A DNA stretch of 61,659 bases, the filler included. It is 3 parts of 3 records of this genome, joined end to end, with 100 filler letters (N's around TTAATTAATTAA, not from the genome) between each part and the next. Parts side by side here need not be neighbours in the genome. Positions count along the whole stretch, not along the records: positions 18,602 to 48,904 come from SRR31156797_2560; 2 more parts are not named here. One strand, 5' to 3'. A model generated the notes under the pieces. The model saw only the letters and a list, made by a program, of their open reading frames with translations. It ran no database searches and was not told the origin of the DNA. This document shows, one piece after another, positions 37,967 through 47,756 of the stretch. The position numbers and the translations under genes were made by a program. Position 1 is the first letter of the stretch. Every line of letters starts with the position of its first letter.

Positions 37967-40270
37967 CTATGCCGCACCGGCCACGATGTCTCCGCCGATC
38001 CGTTCAGGTGCTGCGAAGTTCATGCTGACTTGGGAGGAATTATCAAACACGTATGTGGGTGCTTCGTTTGTCGAAATGTGCATTTCTCGGGCATCCACAA
38101 TGTTAGTGACTGAATTGTCTTCCGAGATTTTGTTGAAATTATTGGTGACAGAGAGAGATGTGGAATTGTCATTTTCTACAACGCGAGTTTCCGGGAAGGC
38201 CATGGTTAGATTGTGGTTTTCCACCACGTTGGTGTCGCTATCGTCCACATACGTGGTCTTGGCGTTATTCTGATCAACGAATGTGTAAGTGGTGGACTGA
38301 TCGATAATCCGAGAGTTGTCGACATCGTTCTCCACCGAGTTGTTATACTGGAAGGACATGGTGTGGTTTTCCACCAGATTCGTATCATTATTGGTGATAA
38401 TGTTTTGAATGGAGTTGTCCTGATCCGTGAAATGGAAGCTTGTGGACTGATCGATGTTTCGTGATTGATCGAAATTGTTCTCTGAACTGAGGTTGTAGGC
38501 AAACGACATCTCGTTGTGCTCGTTGAGGATAGTGTCGTTGTTGTTGATGTGGTTTTCCACGGAATTGTCCTGCTCCGTGAAGTTGAACACCGTGGATTGC
38601 TCTACCTGACGGGAGTTGTCGGTCTCATTGACATGGGTGTCGTTGATGTTTTGTTCGAAATTTCGGTTCTCCGTAAAGCTGATGTCATTGTCGGAGCTGT
38701 AGTTCGTCTGGGAGTTGTCGACCTGTTGCTGGGTGTATTCCGCGCTATTCTGGACGGTGGTTGAATGGTCCTCATTTCGTGTGACTGAGTTGTCATTCTC
38801 CAGTGTCAGGTCCTGATCGTTGACGAAACTAACGGATGAATTATCCACTTCGGTACGGTCTGTTGATCTGTCTTCATTGGTGTTTTGACTGGCGTCCACA
38901 TTCCTGATGTTCACATTTTCTGATTCGTTGCTGATTTGTTGGTTCTCTGTGTTGTTGACCGTCTTGGAATTGTCCTGCTGACTGACAATGTTGGTCTCGT
39001 TGTCGGTGATATTTTCTTGATTGGTCACCTGACTGAGCTGCTGGGTCAATTGATGATTTTCCACGGTGCTCATATCTTGGTTGCGGGAGACGGAATTGTC
39101 CACGTTGTTTTCTGTGAGATACTGGTCGCTACGGTGGATGGATGAGTTCATGGACTGATCTAAAGATCGGTCTACGGACTCATTGTTCGTTGTCAGGTGT
39201 GACTGTTGAATATCCTGCGTTTGGTCGATGTTCAGAGAATATTCGGACCGCATGTCAATATTACTGCCGGGACCGTTGGTGTCAGCAAAGTTAACCTTGG
39301 GAGATTCGTATGGTTCGGCATAGCCGTCCGCTGTGGGAATCCATGGGGCCATGGGTGTTTTTGGCGGAGAGTACGGTGCGGAGTGCTTGGTATGATGAAT
39401 GACATCGCTGGGCCAGCTTTGGGTATGCCCGAAATACATCCCATGCGGTTGTGTCATCTTGGAAGCTGGGATGGTGCCAGCTGGTGAGATGGGTACAAAA
39501 CCGGACAGGGTGGGCATGGAAAATCCCACTTTGGGTGTCATGGGAACAGATCCCGCAGGGGAGATGGGCTGAATACCCATTTGTGGTGCGATGGCAACGT
39601 TGCCGGTTGCGCTGGTCGGGGGCGCTCCTGCTGGTTGGGCCGGTGCTCCTCCGCCTCCACCTGAAAGCCCGCCGCCGCCAGTAGATGGTGTGATCGCAGG
39701 CTTGCCCGACTCTGTGGAGATGGGGACATTGGCGCCGCCGGATACGCCGCCCGAGCCAGTATTATTCATGTTGATGGGGTTGGAACTGCCAGTCTGCCCC
39801 GAGCTTCCTGCGCCGGTAGATTGACCGACTGAATTGCCGCCGGTGTTGTTCTGGACTGTGCCAGGACCACCGCCTGCGCCAATATGTGCGGCACCAGTGT
39901 TGTTGACTGCACCGCCTCCGCCTCCGCCACCACCGCCGATGTGTGATGCGCTTGAACCGCCGCCGACAGCTCCGCCGCCAAACGAGCCGCCCGTACTGCT
40001 TGTCCCTGCGAGGGAGCCCCCGCCAAAGGATGCGCCTCCGGCACCTGCATAGGCACTGGCGTTGATGCCCCCGGTTGGGCTGGAATAGGGAATTCTGGCC
40101 ATGGATGTGTCGATCATCACGCGTGCAGGAGTGGTATCAATGGGCACGTGGCCCGGTTCTCCCGTAACGATTTGACCGGCTGGTCCGGCTTGAAATGAGC
40201 CTGCTGGCCCGGCTGTCACCTGACCGGCTGGTCCGGCTACGATGAAGTCGGTTACACTCGACATGGACAT
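37967..40270 (-). CDS. Low-complexity repeat protein (767 aa): AGPAG repeats, Gly-rich and Pro-rich segments, N/D/T/Q-rich repeats
   Basis: Long open frame; GGGGAGAG before ATG 40270; three 50-aa tandem repeats at 38171-38620. Confidence 0.8.
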   Translation of the reverse strand: MSMSSVTDFIVAGPAGQVTAGPAGSFQAGPAGQIVTGEPGHVPIDTTPARVMIDTSMARIPYSSPTGGINASAYAGAGGASFGGGSLAGTSSTGGSFGGGAVGGGSSASHIGGGGGGGGGAVNNTGAAHIGAGGGPGTVQNNTGGNSVGQSTGAGSSGQTGSSNPINMNNTGSGGVSGGANVPISTESGKPAITPSTGGGGLSGGGGGAPAQPAGAPPTSATGNVAIAPQMGIQPISPAGSVPMTPKVGFSMPTLSGFVPISPAGTIPASKMTQPHGMYFGHTQSWPSDVIHHTKHSAPYSPPKTPMAPWIPTADGYAEPYESPKVNFADTNGPGSNIDMRSEYSLNIDQTQDIQQSHLTTNNESVDRSLDQSMNSSIHRSDQYLTENNVDNSVSRNQDMSTVENHQLTQQLSQVTNQENITDNETNIVSQQDNSKTVNNTENQQISNESENVNIRNVDASQNTNEDRSTDRTEVDNSSVSFVNDQDLTLENDNSVTRNEDHSTTVQNSAEYTQQQVDNSQTNYSSDNDISFTENRNFEQNINDTHVNETDNSRQVEQSTVFNFTEQDNSVENHINNNDTILNEHNEMSFAYNLSSENNFDQSRNIDQSTSFHFTDQDNSIQNIITNNDTNLVENHTMSFQYNNSVENDVDNSRIIDQSTTYTFVDQNNAKTTYVDDSDTNVVENHNLTMAFPETRVVENDNSTSLSVTNNFNKISEDNSVTNIVDAREMHISTNEAPTYVFDNSSQVSMNFAAPERIGGDIVAGAA

Positions 40271-40425
40271 GGGTGTCTCTCCCCGCCGCGAGCAGACCTT
40301 CCATGGTCTGATTGATGCCCACACCGGGGCATTTCGGCATATATACAATATACGAACGCCAAAATGTCAGTCAAGGTCTATAATCGTTCCCGATGTGGAT
40401 GAGTGGGAAAGGTGGTGTTTTTTCC

Positions 40426-40460
40426 AAAAAAAGACGCGGCAGGTGATCCTGCCGCGTCTG
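40426..40460 (-). terminator. Intrinsic terminator
   Basis: GACGCGGCAGG-N4-CCTGCCGCGTC plus T-run on the minus strand. Confidence 0.8.
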
Positions 40461-40479
40461 ATAATTCATATGGCTTTGT

Positions 40480-40935
40480 CTAGAAATTGGAAGCGCTGTT
40501 GCCAAAGCCGTTGGCGCGTGTCCCGCCGCCTACGGCCACACCTGCGGCCTTCATTTTGCTTTCCATCGCCGTATTCAATTGGTCACGCAATTCCATGATT
40601 TGATTTTGTTTTTCTTGCACTTGTGTGCGCTTCATCTTCTCAGGCAGATCGCTGTCTTCAAGCTCTTCTACTTCTTGTTCAAGTTTTTCAATTTGCTGTT
40701 TGAGCATCTTGATTGTCTGGTCGACAGCGGAATCTTCACTTTGATCGGATTCGCCAGAGCTTTCCGGAGCAATCAGAGCGCGTGCTTCTTCGGAAATGGT
40801 CACGGTATCCCCTTGAACGGGAGTTTTGATCTCCATGCTGGTTTCATCCGCTGTCTTTTCGGCGGAAGGTGCGGGCTTGATGCTCAAGGAATCCACAAAT
40901 GTAGATGTTTGTTGGGCCAAAGATTCGATAGCCAT
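40480..40935 (-). CDS. FlxA-like coiled-coil protein
   Basis: DTVTISEEARAL motif and IKMLKQQIEKLEQE...QIMELRDQL coil; AAGGAG RBS; sigma28 promoter upstream. Confidence 0.65.
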   Translation of the reverse strand: MAIESLAQQTSTFVDSLSIKPAPSAEKTADETSMEIKTPVQGDTVTISEEARALIAPESSGESDQSEDSAVDQTIKMLKQQIEKLEQEVEELEDSDLPEKMKRTQVQEKQNQIMELRDQLNTAMESKMKAAGVAVGGGTRANGFGNSASNF

Positions 40936-40981
40936 GACAAAACGCTCCTTCTATAAAATTGGCTCGACCTTCTTATAAGAC

Positions 40982-41008
40982 CTATCGGCAAAGAGACCGT
41001 TATCTTTA
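40982..41008 (-). promoter_or_regulatory. Sigma28 (FliA)-type promoter
   Basis: Minus strand TAAA-N15-GCCGATAG, near-consensus. Confidence 0.8.
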
Positions 41009-41812
41009 GGGTGTGTGAACGTCTTTTTTTTGTTTGTGTTTTCGAGCCGGGTAATATGAGTTGAGAATGCGGTCATACGTTCCATCTTTTTTCATGAGTT
41101 TGAGCGCGTTGGAAAATTTTTCAGCGATGTTTTTTGTCATGCTTCTTTTGGAAAAGGCAAGATACGTCTTGGGTTCGTCCAGAGCTATAGGTGCACCCTC
41201 CGGTCCGGTAATTATTTCGAGTAAATATTGGAAGTCAGGTTCGCTGATGATTTGTCGGGCAGTATCTATATTTGTGATGAGCATATCTATGCGGCCTTGA
41301 GCAAGCTTGGTGAAATTAAATCGAGGGTTGGAAACCAGTTCTCTTTTTTTGAAACGAGTCTTTTTTAGAAACGATTCGAGGTGCGGGCCAAAATAATAAC
41401 CACGGACCATGCCGAGAGTATATTGTGAGTAGTCATATCGGTCTGGCGAAAAGAGGATGGATTCCCGGATTCGTTTTACTGCGATAATTTTCACCGTATA
41501 CAGTGGCTCTTCGGGATAATGAAACCATTGCTGTCTTTCGGTGTTTTTACTCGCTTGAAAAAGAGCATCTGCCTCGCCTTCCTGCGTCATATGTAAGGCT
41601 CGCTTCCAAGGCATGATGGTGATTTTTGCGTCGAGTTCCATACGTCGGAGGCCTTCGCGGACAACATCCGCCATTGCGCCCATCACTTTGCCGTTCTCCT
41701 CGTAGGCGAGCGGAGGTGCGAGCATGGTGACGATTGACAGATTTTGAGCCATGGCAAAGGAAGAAAAAAACAAACAGAAGAGCATTGCGTATAACGGTGA
41801 GGCTGTTTTCAT
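41006..41812 (-). CDS. Amino-acid ABC substrate-binding protein (family 3)
   Basis: Signal peptide; PPLAY, MPWKRAL, GRIDM and MKKDGTYDRIL motifs. Confidence 0.85.
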   Translation of the reverse strand: MKTASPLYAMLFCLFFSSFAMAQNLSIVTMLAPPLAYEENGKVMGAMADVVREGLRRMELDAKITIMPWKRALHMTQEGEADALFQASKNTERQQWFHYPEEPLYTVKIIAVKRIRESILFSPDRYDYSQYTLGMVRGYYFGPHLESFLKKTRFKKRELVSNPRFNFTKLAQGRIDMLITNIDTARQIISEPDFQYLLEIITGPEGAPIALDEPKTYLAFSKRSMTKNIAEKFSNALKLMKKDGTYDRILNSYYPARKHKQKKDVHTP

Positions 41813-41944
41813 AATGAGGACTATATTACATTGAGGCATGTGAAACAAGAATATGGGCAGTTTTCAATACTTGGTTGCCTGACCTATGGAAAACACGCTA
41901 CTCTGCATCCATATATTCTGCACACATGTCACGCGAGGCACCAT

Positions 41945-44650
41945 ATGAGCGTCATCAATCTCGAGTATCTCCTCAAGCCCAAATCAGTTGCGGTTATCGG
42001 GGCGACCAACGATCCACGTAATGCGGGTAATATTGTCATGCGCAATATCATGGCGGGTGGTTTTATGGGGCCGGTCATGCCTGTCTCTGACGAGGCGGAA
42101 GCCATCGCGGGTGTGTTGACCCATCCGTCGGTCAAACACCTGCCCAAGACCCCGGATTTAGCCGTGGTCTGTTCGCCCCTTGATCAGGTCCCCGAGATCA
42201 TTCATTCCCTCAAGGAACGGGGGACCAAGGGCGCCGTGCTCATGGGGTCTGGTTTCGCATCCATGACGCCTGAAGAGCGACTGGATGTTAAATCCACCAT
42301 TCTTGGTATTGCCAAGCCTCCTGAAATACGGATTATCGGTCCCAAGTCTCTCGGCTTCATGGTCCCGTCGCTTAATTTGAACGCCTCTTTGGCTTATGGG
42401 GCTGTAGGGCCGGGCAAGGTCGCTTTTATTTCCCAGTCAGATTCTCTGTTTGCTACGGTTCTGGATTGGGCCATCGACAAAGGCATTGGTTTTTCTCACA
42501 TGATCGCTCTGGGAAGTCGTATTGATGTGACCTTTGCGGATATTTTGGACTACCTCGGTTCTGATCCTTTGACCCGGTCCATCATGCTTTATGTGGAATC
42601 CATCAAGGATGCTCGCGAATTTATGTCAGCAGCCCGTGCCGCGTCTCGCAACAAGCCGGTGTTGGTTATCCGTCCCGGTCAGGCACTGGATACCGTCCTT
42701 GGAGATGTGAAACTGTTGGAGACCGGTGATCGTCGACTTATGGATGAGGTCTATGACGTGGCTTTTCGGCGTGCCGGTATGCTTCGGGTGGAAGATATTG
42801 ACGGACTTTTCGATGCGGCCCAGACGTTGGGAACGCCGAGACAGGTGTACGGCAAAAAACTCGCCATTCTTACTAACGGAACTTCGGCGGGAATTCTTGC
42901 TGCGGATCGACTTTTAGGTGGCGGCGGAGAACTGGCTCCGCTTTCCGATGAGACCATCAAAGCCATCGACGGTATATTGGGATCGGAAAACTGGTCCCGT
43001 GCCAATCCTGTGGATATTCCATTTAATGCAGACGGCAAGGCGTACTCCGCAGTGCTTAAGTTGCTTATCAAGGATAAGACTGCCAATGGTATATTGGTTA
43101 TGCATGTGCCATGGATGGCTCAGCCCGACAGGGAGGTGGCCGAGGCTCTGCGAGATTCGTTGAAGCGGGTCAAACGCATGGTGCTTACGGCGTGGCTTGG
43201 TTCGGGTGCGGCAGAAGAAGCCCGCGAGGTGTTCCGCAAAGCGGATATCCCGACGTATGAAACTCCGACTCAGGCGGTGCAGGCTTTTCTGTATATGGCT
43301 GAGTATTTGCGCAACCAGGAGATGCTCATTGAGACTCCCGACTCTTTGCCTACGGATTTCTTCCCGGACACATCCAGTGCACGAGCTATTGTTCAGAAAG
43401 CGCTTGATGATGAGCGTGATTCCCTGACTGAACCTGAGGCCAAGGACATTCTTGCGGCCTATGGTATCCCTGTGGTTGAAACACGTATTGCGGTTTCGGC
43501 CAAGGAAGCGGTTATTGCTGCAGATGCATTGGGATATCCCGTAGCGTTGAAACTTCGCAGTCCACAGATTCCACAACCATTCGATGTGGGTGGGGTCATG
43601 CTTGATTTGGAGACCCCGGAACGGGTTTGGGAAGGTGCTGCTTCCATTCTGGCCCGGTGCACTCGTGAACGTCCCGACGCCTATATTGAAGGCTTCACAG
43701 TACAGAAAATGGGACGCAGGCCCGGAGCGCATGAACTTTCCGTGTCTGCCACCGTGGATTCCGTGTTTGGGCCGGTTCTTCATTTTGGACATGGCGGTAT
43801 GGCTCGCGAGATGATTCAGGATCAGGCCCTCACTCTGCCTCCGCTTTCCATGTCCTTGGCCAAGGAATTGGTTAGCCGAACTCGGATAGCCGCCCTGCTT
43901 CGAGGGACTCCATCTCAGTTGCCGGTGGATATTGATGATATTTGTCTGACTCTGATTCAGATTTCACAGCTTATAGTGGACGTGCCGCAGATCATGTCTA
44001 TTGATATTAACCCATTGTATGCAGATTCCGAAGGTGTGCTCGCTTTGGGTGGCAAGGTGGAGATAGCACCGTTTGAGGGTGAGGGAGAAGCCCGACTTGC
44101 CATTCGGCCCTATCCTCGTGAGCTGGAAGAATGTGTGGTGCTCAAGACTGGCCGTCAGGTGACCTTGCGTCCTATTCGCCCTGAAGATGAAAAAACACAC
44201 CGAACATTTTTGTCCAGCCTGTCTGACGAGGATTTGCGGTTGCGGTTTTTTGGTGTGGTCCAGCGCGACTTCGATCACAAGGACATCGCCCGGTTTACCC
44301 AGATTGATTACGATCGAGAGATGGCGTTTATTGCCACGGCACCGGATGAAAGAGGAGAACCAGAAACTCTGGGGGTCATGCGAACCAATACAAGACCGGA
44401 TAATTCCGAAGCGGAGTTTGCCATTGTGGTTCGATCCGACCAGAAAGGCGAAGGTCTTGGGTCAATGCTGTTCCATAAGGGTATCCAGTATACCAAGGAA
44501 CGCGGAACCCATGTGCTGGAAGGTCAGACCATGCGCGAGAACAAAGCCATGCAGGGCTTGTCCAAGAAGTTTGGTTTTGTGATCACGCCTGATCAACACG
44601 ATGAGGAACTGGTGAATATGACGTTGGATATGGAGAAGGTGGATATTTAA
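41945..44650 (+). CDS. Protein lysine acetyltransferase Pat/Pka (acyl-CoA synthetase NDP-forming domains + C-terminal GNAT)
   Basis: PKSVAVIGA CoA-binding domain, ATP-grasp region, and LRPIRPED...FTQIDYDREMAF GNAT domain. Confidence 0.9.
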   Translation: MSVINLEYLLKPKSVAVIGATNDPRNAGNIVMRNIMAGGFMGPVMPVSDEAEAIAGVLTHPSVKHLPKTPDLAVVCSPLDQVPEIIHSLKERGTKGAVLMGSGFASMTPEERLDVKSTILGIAKPPEIRIIGPKSLGFMVPSLNLNASLAYGAVGPGKVAFISQSDSLFATVLDWAIDKGIGFSHMIALGSRIDVTFADILDYLGSDPLTRSIMLYVESIKDAREFMSAARAASRNKPVLVIRPGQALDTVLGDVKLLETGDRRLMDEVYDVAFRRAGMLRVEDIDGLFDAAQTLGTPRQVYGKKLAILTNGTSAGILAADRLLGGGGELAPLSDETIKAIDGILGSENWSRANPVDIPFNADGKAYSAVLKLLIKDKTANGILVMHVPWMAQPDREVAEALRDSLKRVKRMVLTAWLGSGAAEEAREVFRKADIPTYETPTQAVQAFLYMAEYLRNQEMLIETPDSLPTDFFPDTSSARAIVQKALDDERDSLTEPEAKDILAAYGIPVVETRIAVSAKEAVIAADALGYPVALKLRSPQIPQPFDVGGVMLDLETPERVWEGAASILARCTRERPDAYIEGFTVQKMGRRPGAHELSVSATVDSVFGPVLHFGHGGMAREMIQDQALTLPPLSMSLAKELVSRTRIAALLRGTPSQLPVDIDDICLTLIQISQLIVDVPQIMSIDINPLYADSEGVLALGGKVEIAPFEGEGEARLAIRPYPRELEECVVLKTGRQVTLRPIRPEDEKTHRTFLSSLSDEDLRLRFFGVVQRDFDHKDIARFTQIDYDREMAFIATAPDERGEPETLGVMRTNTRPDNSEAEFAIVVRSDQKGEGLGSMLFHKGIQYTKERGTHVLEGQTMRENKAMQGLSKKFGFVITPDQHDEELVNMTLDMEKVDI

Positions 44651-44653
44651 TAT

Positions 44654-45754
44654 ATGGACCTCCCTCCAATTTATCATCATACCGGGCTTGAAGCGAGCGG
44701 CGGGGCGACGCGGGTTGCTCGTCTTCTTATTTCCGGTTTGAAGAAGCAGAAAGTTGAAACGAATTTGAGCTTTGAGTTGGCTGAAAAGGCGGACGGTACA
44801 GCCATTTTGCCTGAGGATTTTGGTCGTTATCTACCTGATGTGGCTTTGGGGCATGTGCATTGTACGGGAAACTGGCCCGCTTTGCTGGGTTCCATTGCTC
44901 CGGGGCGGAAAACCATTATCACCATGCACGATTGTGATCTGTTTACCGGCGGTTGCCCGTATCCATTGGACTGCCCTTCTCTTGACGAAGAATGTACGGA
45001 GCCTTGTCCAAGAAAATTTCCAAATTCTTCTGTGATCCGAAAGGCGAAATGTAAACAGGTACGACGATTGGAACCGACATTGGTAGCTCCGTCGCGCTGG
45101 TTGGCTCGTTTGGCTCGGACACATCTTCATCGTACAGTGGTTGTGATTCCCAACGGTATCCCATGGCCCAATCGTCCGCTTCCCAAAGCTGCGGCGAGGC
45201 AGCAGCTCGGTATTAACCCCGCTGCCAAGGTAGTGGTGTTCGCGGCCCATGGGGGGATGACTGCTGCTTATAAGTCGGGTGATGCGTGGCGGGGTATATG
45301 GCAGCAACTCAAGGATCGACACCCGGAATTATTGTGTTTTGCTGTGGGTGGCGACAAAGAAGAGCGACAGGGTGATCTTGTTATTTGGCCTTATGTGGAA
45401 CGTCGGAAGCTTTCTTTGCTTATGACGGCTGCCGATGTGTTGCTGTACCCCACCAAGGCAGACAATCATTCACTGGTTATTCTGGAAGCCATGTCCCAAA
45501 ATCTACCTGTCGTGTCCTACGCTGTGGGCGGTGTACCTGAGCAAATCACTGATCGTGTTACTGGTATGCTTGTGCCGCCGGGGGATCAGGCCGCATTTCT
45601 GGATGCTGCCACCACGCTTCTGGCCAATCCAGTCATGATTCGTCAGATGGGTATGGAAGGCTACTCCACCGGGCAAAAACGATTTTCTTATCAACGCATG
45701 GTCTCTGGGTATATGCAGTTGTATTCTCGGACTCTCAATAGTCATAATCAGTAA
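44654..45754 (+). CDS. Glycosyltransferase family 4
   Basis: VIPNGI and DNHSLVILEAMS...VGGVPE motifs. Confidence 0.88.
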   Translation: MDLPPIYHHTGLEASGGATRVARLLISGLKKQKVETNLSFELAEKADGTAILPEDFGRYLPDVALGHVHCTGNWPALLGSIAPGRKTIITMHDCDLFTGGCPYPLDCPSLDEECTEPCPRKFPNSSVIRKAKCKQVRRLEPTLVAPSRWLARLARTHLHRTVVVIPNGIPWPNRPLPKAAARQQLGINPAAKVVVFAAHGGMTAAYKSGDAWRGIWQQLKDRHPELLCFAVGGDKEERQGDLVIWPYVERRKLSLLMTAADVLLYPTKADNHSLVILEAMSQNLPVVSYAVGGVPEQITDRVTGMLVPPGDQAAFLDAATTLLANPVMIRQMGMEGYSTGQKRFSYQRMVSGYMQLYSRTLNSHNQ

Positions 45755-45807
45755 GTAAAAGCCCACTGTACCACACGATACAGGGGGCTTTCCGCTGAGG
45801 TTTTGAC

Positions 45808-46740
45808 TTAGGTCAGCTTCTTTCTGAGGTGTGATCTTAGAAGTATGGCAATAAGGTTCATGCCGAGGACCAGAGCCACCAGTACAAGAGAGGTGCCGTA
45901 CTGGAGCGGAAGGGTTGCTTCGGGGTCGGTGGAGGAAACCGAAAGCGAGTATATCTGGTAAGGCAAGGCCATGACTTCGTCGAAGATGGATGACGGAAGC
46001 GTAGGATTGTAACTGGCCGCAGCGGTAAACATGATCGCCGCCGTTTCTCCGGCGGCGCGGGAAATGGACAAGATTGAACCGGTCAGGATGCCGGGCAAAG
46101 CTGAAGGGAGTACCACTTTGAAGATGGTCTGCCATTTGGTGGCGCCAAGTCCGAGTGAAGCTTCGCGGTAGGTGTCTGGAACGGATCGTAGTGCTTCTTC
46201 AGAAGTGCCGATGATGACCGGCAGGATAAGCACCGCCAGCGTCATGCAACCTGCGGCGATGGACACGCCCATACCGAGACCGCCGAGGTCCCGCGAGGCC
46301 ACAAAGAAGGCCATGCCGAACAGTCCGAAAACCACAGACGGTACGCCTGCAAGATTGTTGATGCACAATCGGATGATGCGCATGAATGGACCGGGCGTTG
46401 CATATTCATGGAGATAAATGGCGGCGGCGACACCCAGTGGCAGGGCCAGTCCCATGGAGCCGATGGAAAGATAGAAGGTCCCGACGATGCAGGGGAAGAT
46501 GCCACCTGCAAGACCTCCTTCTGTCGGCTGTCCGGTGAGGAAATCCCAGGAAATGGCGGGTAAACCATAATAGACCATATAGCCGACGATGATAAAGAGC
46601 GCGAGGCCGTTGATGGCGACCGCACCGCGAAACATGCCGAACCATACTTCTTGTGTGAATTTGCGTCGGAAGCGTGACCTGGCGGTGTCCGGGATATTGG
46701 AATCGTTGATGACCATGTCATTACTTATCATTTCAGACAT
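45808..46740 (-). CDS. pstA: Phosphate ABC transporter permease PstA
   Basis: NLAGVPSVVFGLFG and SRAAGETA motifs; true start ATG 46740 (AAGGA RBS). Confidence 0.93.
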   Translation of the reverse strand: MSEMISNDMVINDSNIPDTARSRFRRKFTQEVWFGMFRGAVAINGLALFIIVGYMVYYGLPAISWDFLTGQPTEGGLAGGIFPCIVGTFYLSIGSMGLALPLGVAAAIYLHEYATPGPFMRIIRLCINNLAGVPSVVFGLFGMAFFVASRDLGGLGMGVSIAAGCMTLAVLILPVIIGTSEEALRSVPDTYREASLGLGATKWQTIFKVVLPSALPGILTGSILSISRAAGETAAIMFTAAASYNPTLPSSIFDEVMALPYQIYSLSVSSTDPEATLPLQYGTSLVLVALVLGMNLIAILLRSHLRKKLT

Positions 46741-46750
46741 TTCCTTATAC

Positions 46751-47674
46751 CTAGAGGCTTGCAGAGCCGACTTGTTTATATTTGTGTGCGATGTGATCGG
46801 CCAGAAGGTTGAACAAGAATGTAATGAGGAACAGGACCATGGCGATGGCGAAGAGTGAGAAATAGTGCATTTCCAAACCGAAACTTGTTTCGCCCATTTC
46901 TGCCGCAATGGACGCGGGCATGGGCCTGACCGGGTCGAAAATCGAGTCAGGGATACGCGCTGCGCCACCAGCCACCATGAGTACGACCATGGTTTCACCG
47001 ATGGAGCGGGACATGCCGAGAATAACGGCGGTGGACAGACCGGACAGGGAAGCCGGAATGACGACACGCCAGATGGTTTCGAAGCGAGTGGCACCGAGAG
47101 CCAGTGATCCCTCACGAAGTTCGGCGGGGACAGAGTGAATGGCATCTTCGGCAATGGAAGTGATGGTTGGAACCGCCATGAAAGCGAGCATGATCGAGGC
47201 GTTAAGCATGTTGACGCCGAAACGGATGTCAAAAATATCAAGGAGAAGTGGTGCCACGACAGCCAGACCGAAAAAGCCGATGACCACGGACGGCAGTGAA
47301 GCCAGCAATTCAACCATGGGCTTGACGATTTCCCGGACTTTGTTCGGAGCTATTTCGGCCAGATAGACGGCTGTCATAATGCCGAGTGGAATGGCGATGA
47401 CCGAGGAGATGAGCGTCACCCAGACAGATCCCATGATGAGCGGCAGAATACCCCATTGAGGATTTTCGGAAACGGGTTTCCATTGTCCGCCGAAGATGAA
47501 ATCGAAAAAGTTGACGCCCTGAAATTTTTCGCCCATGGCGTCAAAGCCCATGAACGTGGGCAGGGCTTCTCCCACCAGAAAATACATGATCAGGCCCAGT
47601 GCGATGATGGATGCACTGGCGGCGATCAAAAATCCGGCCTTGATGGCCTTTTCCTTGCGTGTGCGCGAAAGCAT
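46751..47674 (-). CDS. pstC: Phosphate ABC transporter permease PstC
   Basis: ELLASLPSVVIGFFG and SRSIGETMVVLMVAG motifs. Confidence 0.93.
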   Translation of the reverse strand: MLSRTRKEKAIKAGFLIAASASIIALGLIMYFLVGEALPTFMGFDAMGEKFQGVNFFDFIFGGQWKPVSENPQWGILPLIMGSVWVTLISSVIAIPLGIMTAVYLAEIAPNKVREIVKPMVELLASLPSVVIGFFGLAVVAPLLLDIFDIRFGVNMLNASIMLAFMAVPTITSIAEDAIHSVPAELREGSLALGATRFETIWRVVIPASLSGLSTAVILGMSRSIGETMVVLMVAGGAARIPDSIFDPVRPMPASIAAEMGETSFGLEMHYFSLFAIAMVLFLITFLFNLLADHIAHKYKQVGSASL

Positions 47675-47756
47675 GTATGGAGCCTCTTTTCAAGCATGAT
47701 CCCGCCGGGGTGCGTGCGCACCTCGGCGGGAATTGATTTTATTGATTCAATTCGGC

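Noticed and set aside
38171-40230. CRISPR or DNA tandem-repeat array
   Set aside because: The repeats are degenerate at DNA level and in-frame at protein level; no repeat-spacer structure or cas genes were seen in the window.
46741-47313. Apparent 501-aa PstA with a long N-terminal extension
   Set aside because: The extension is an alternative frame inside pstC; the real start is 46740.
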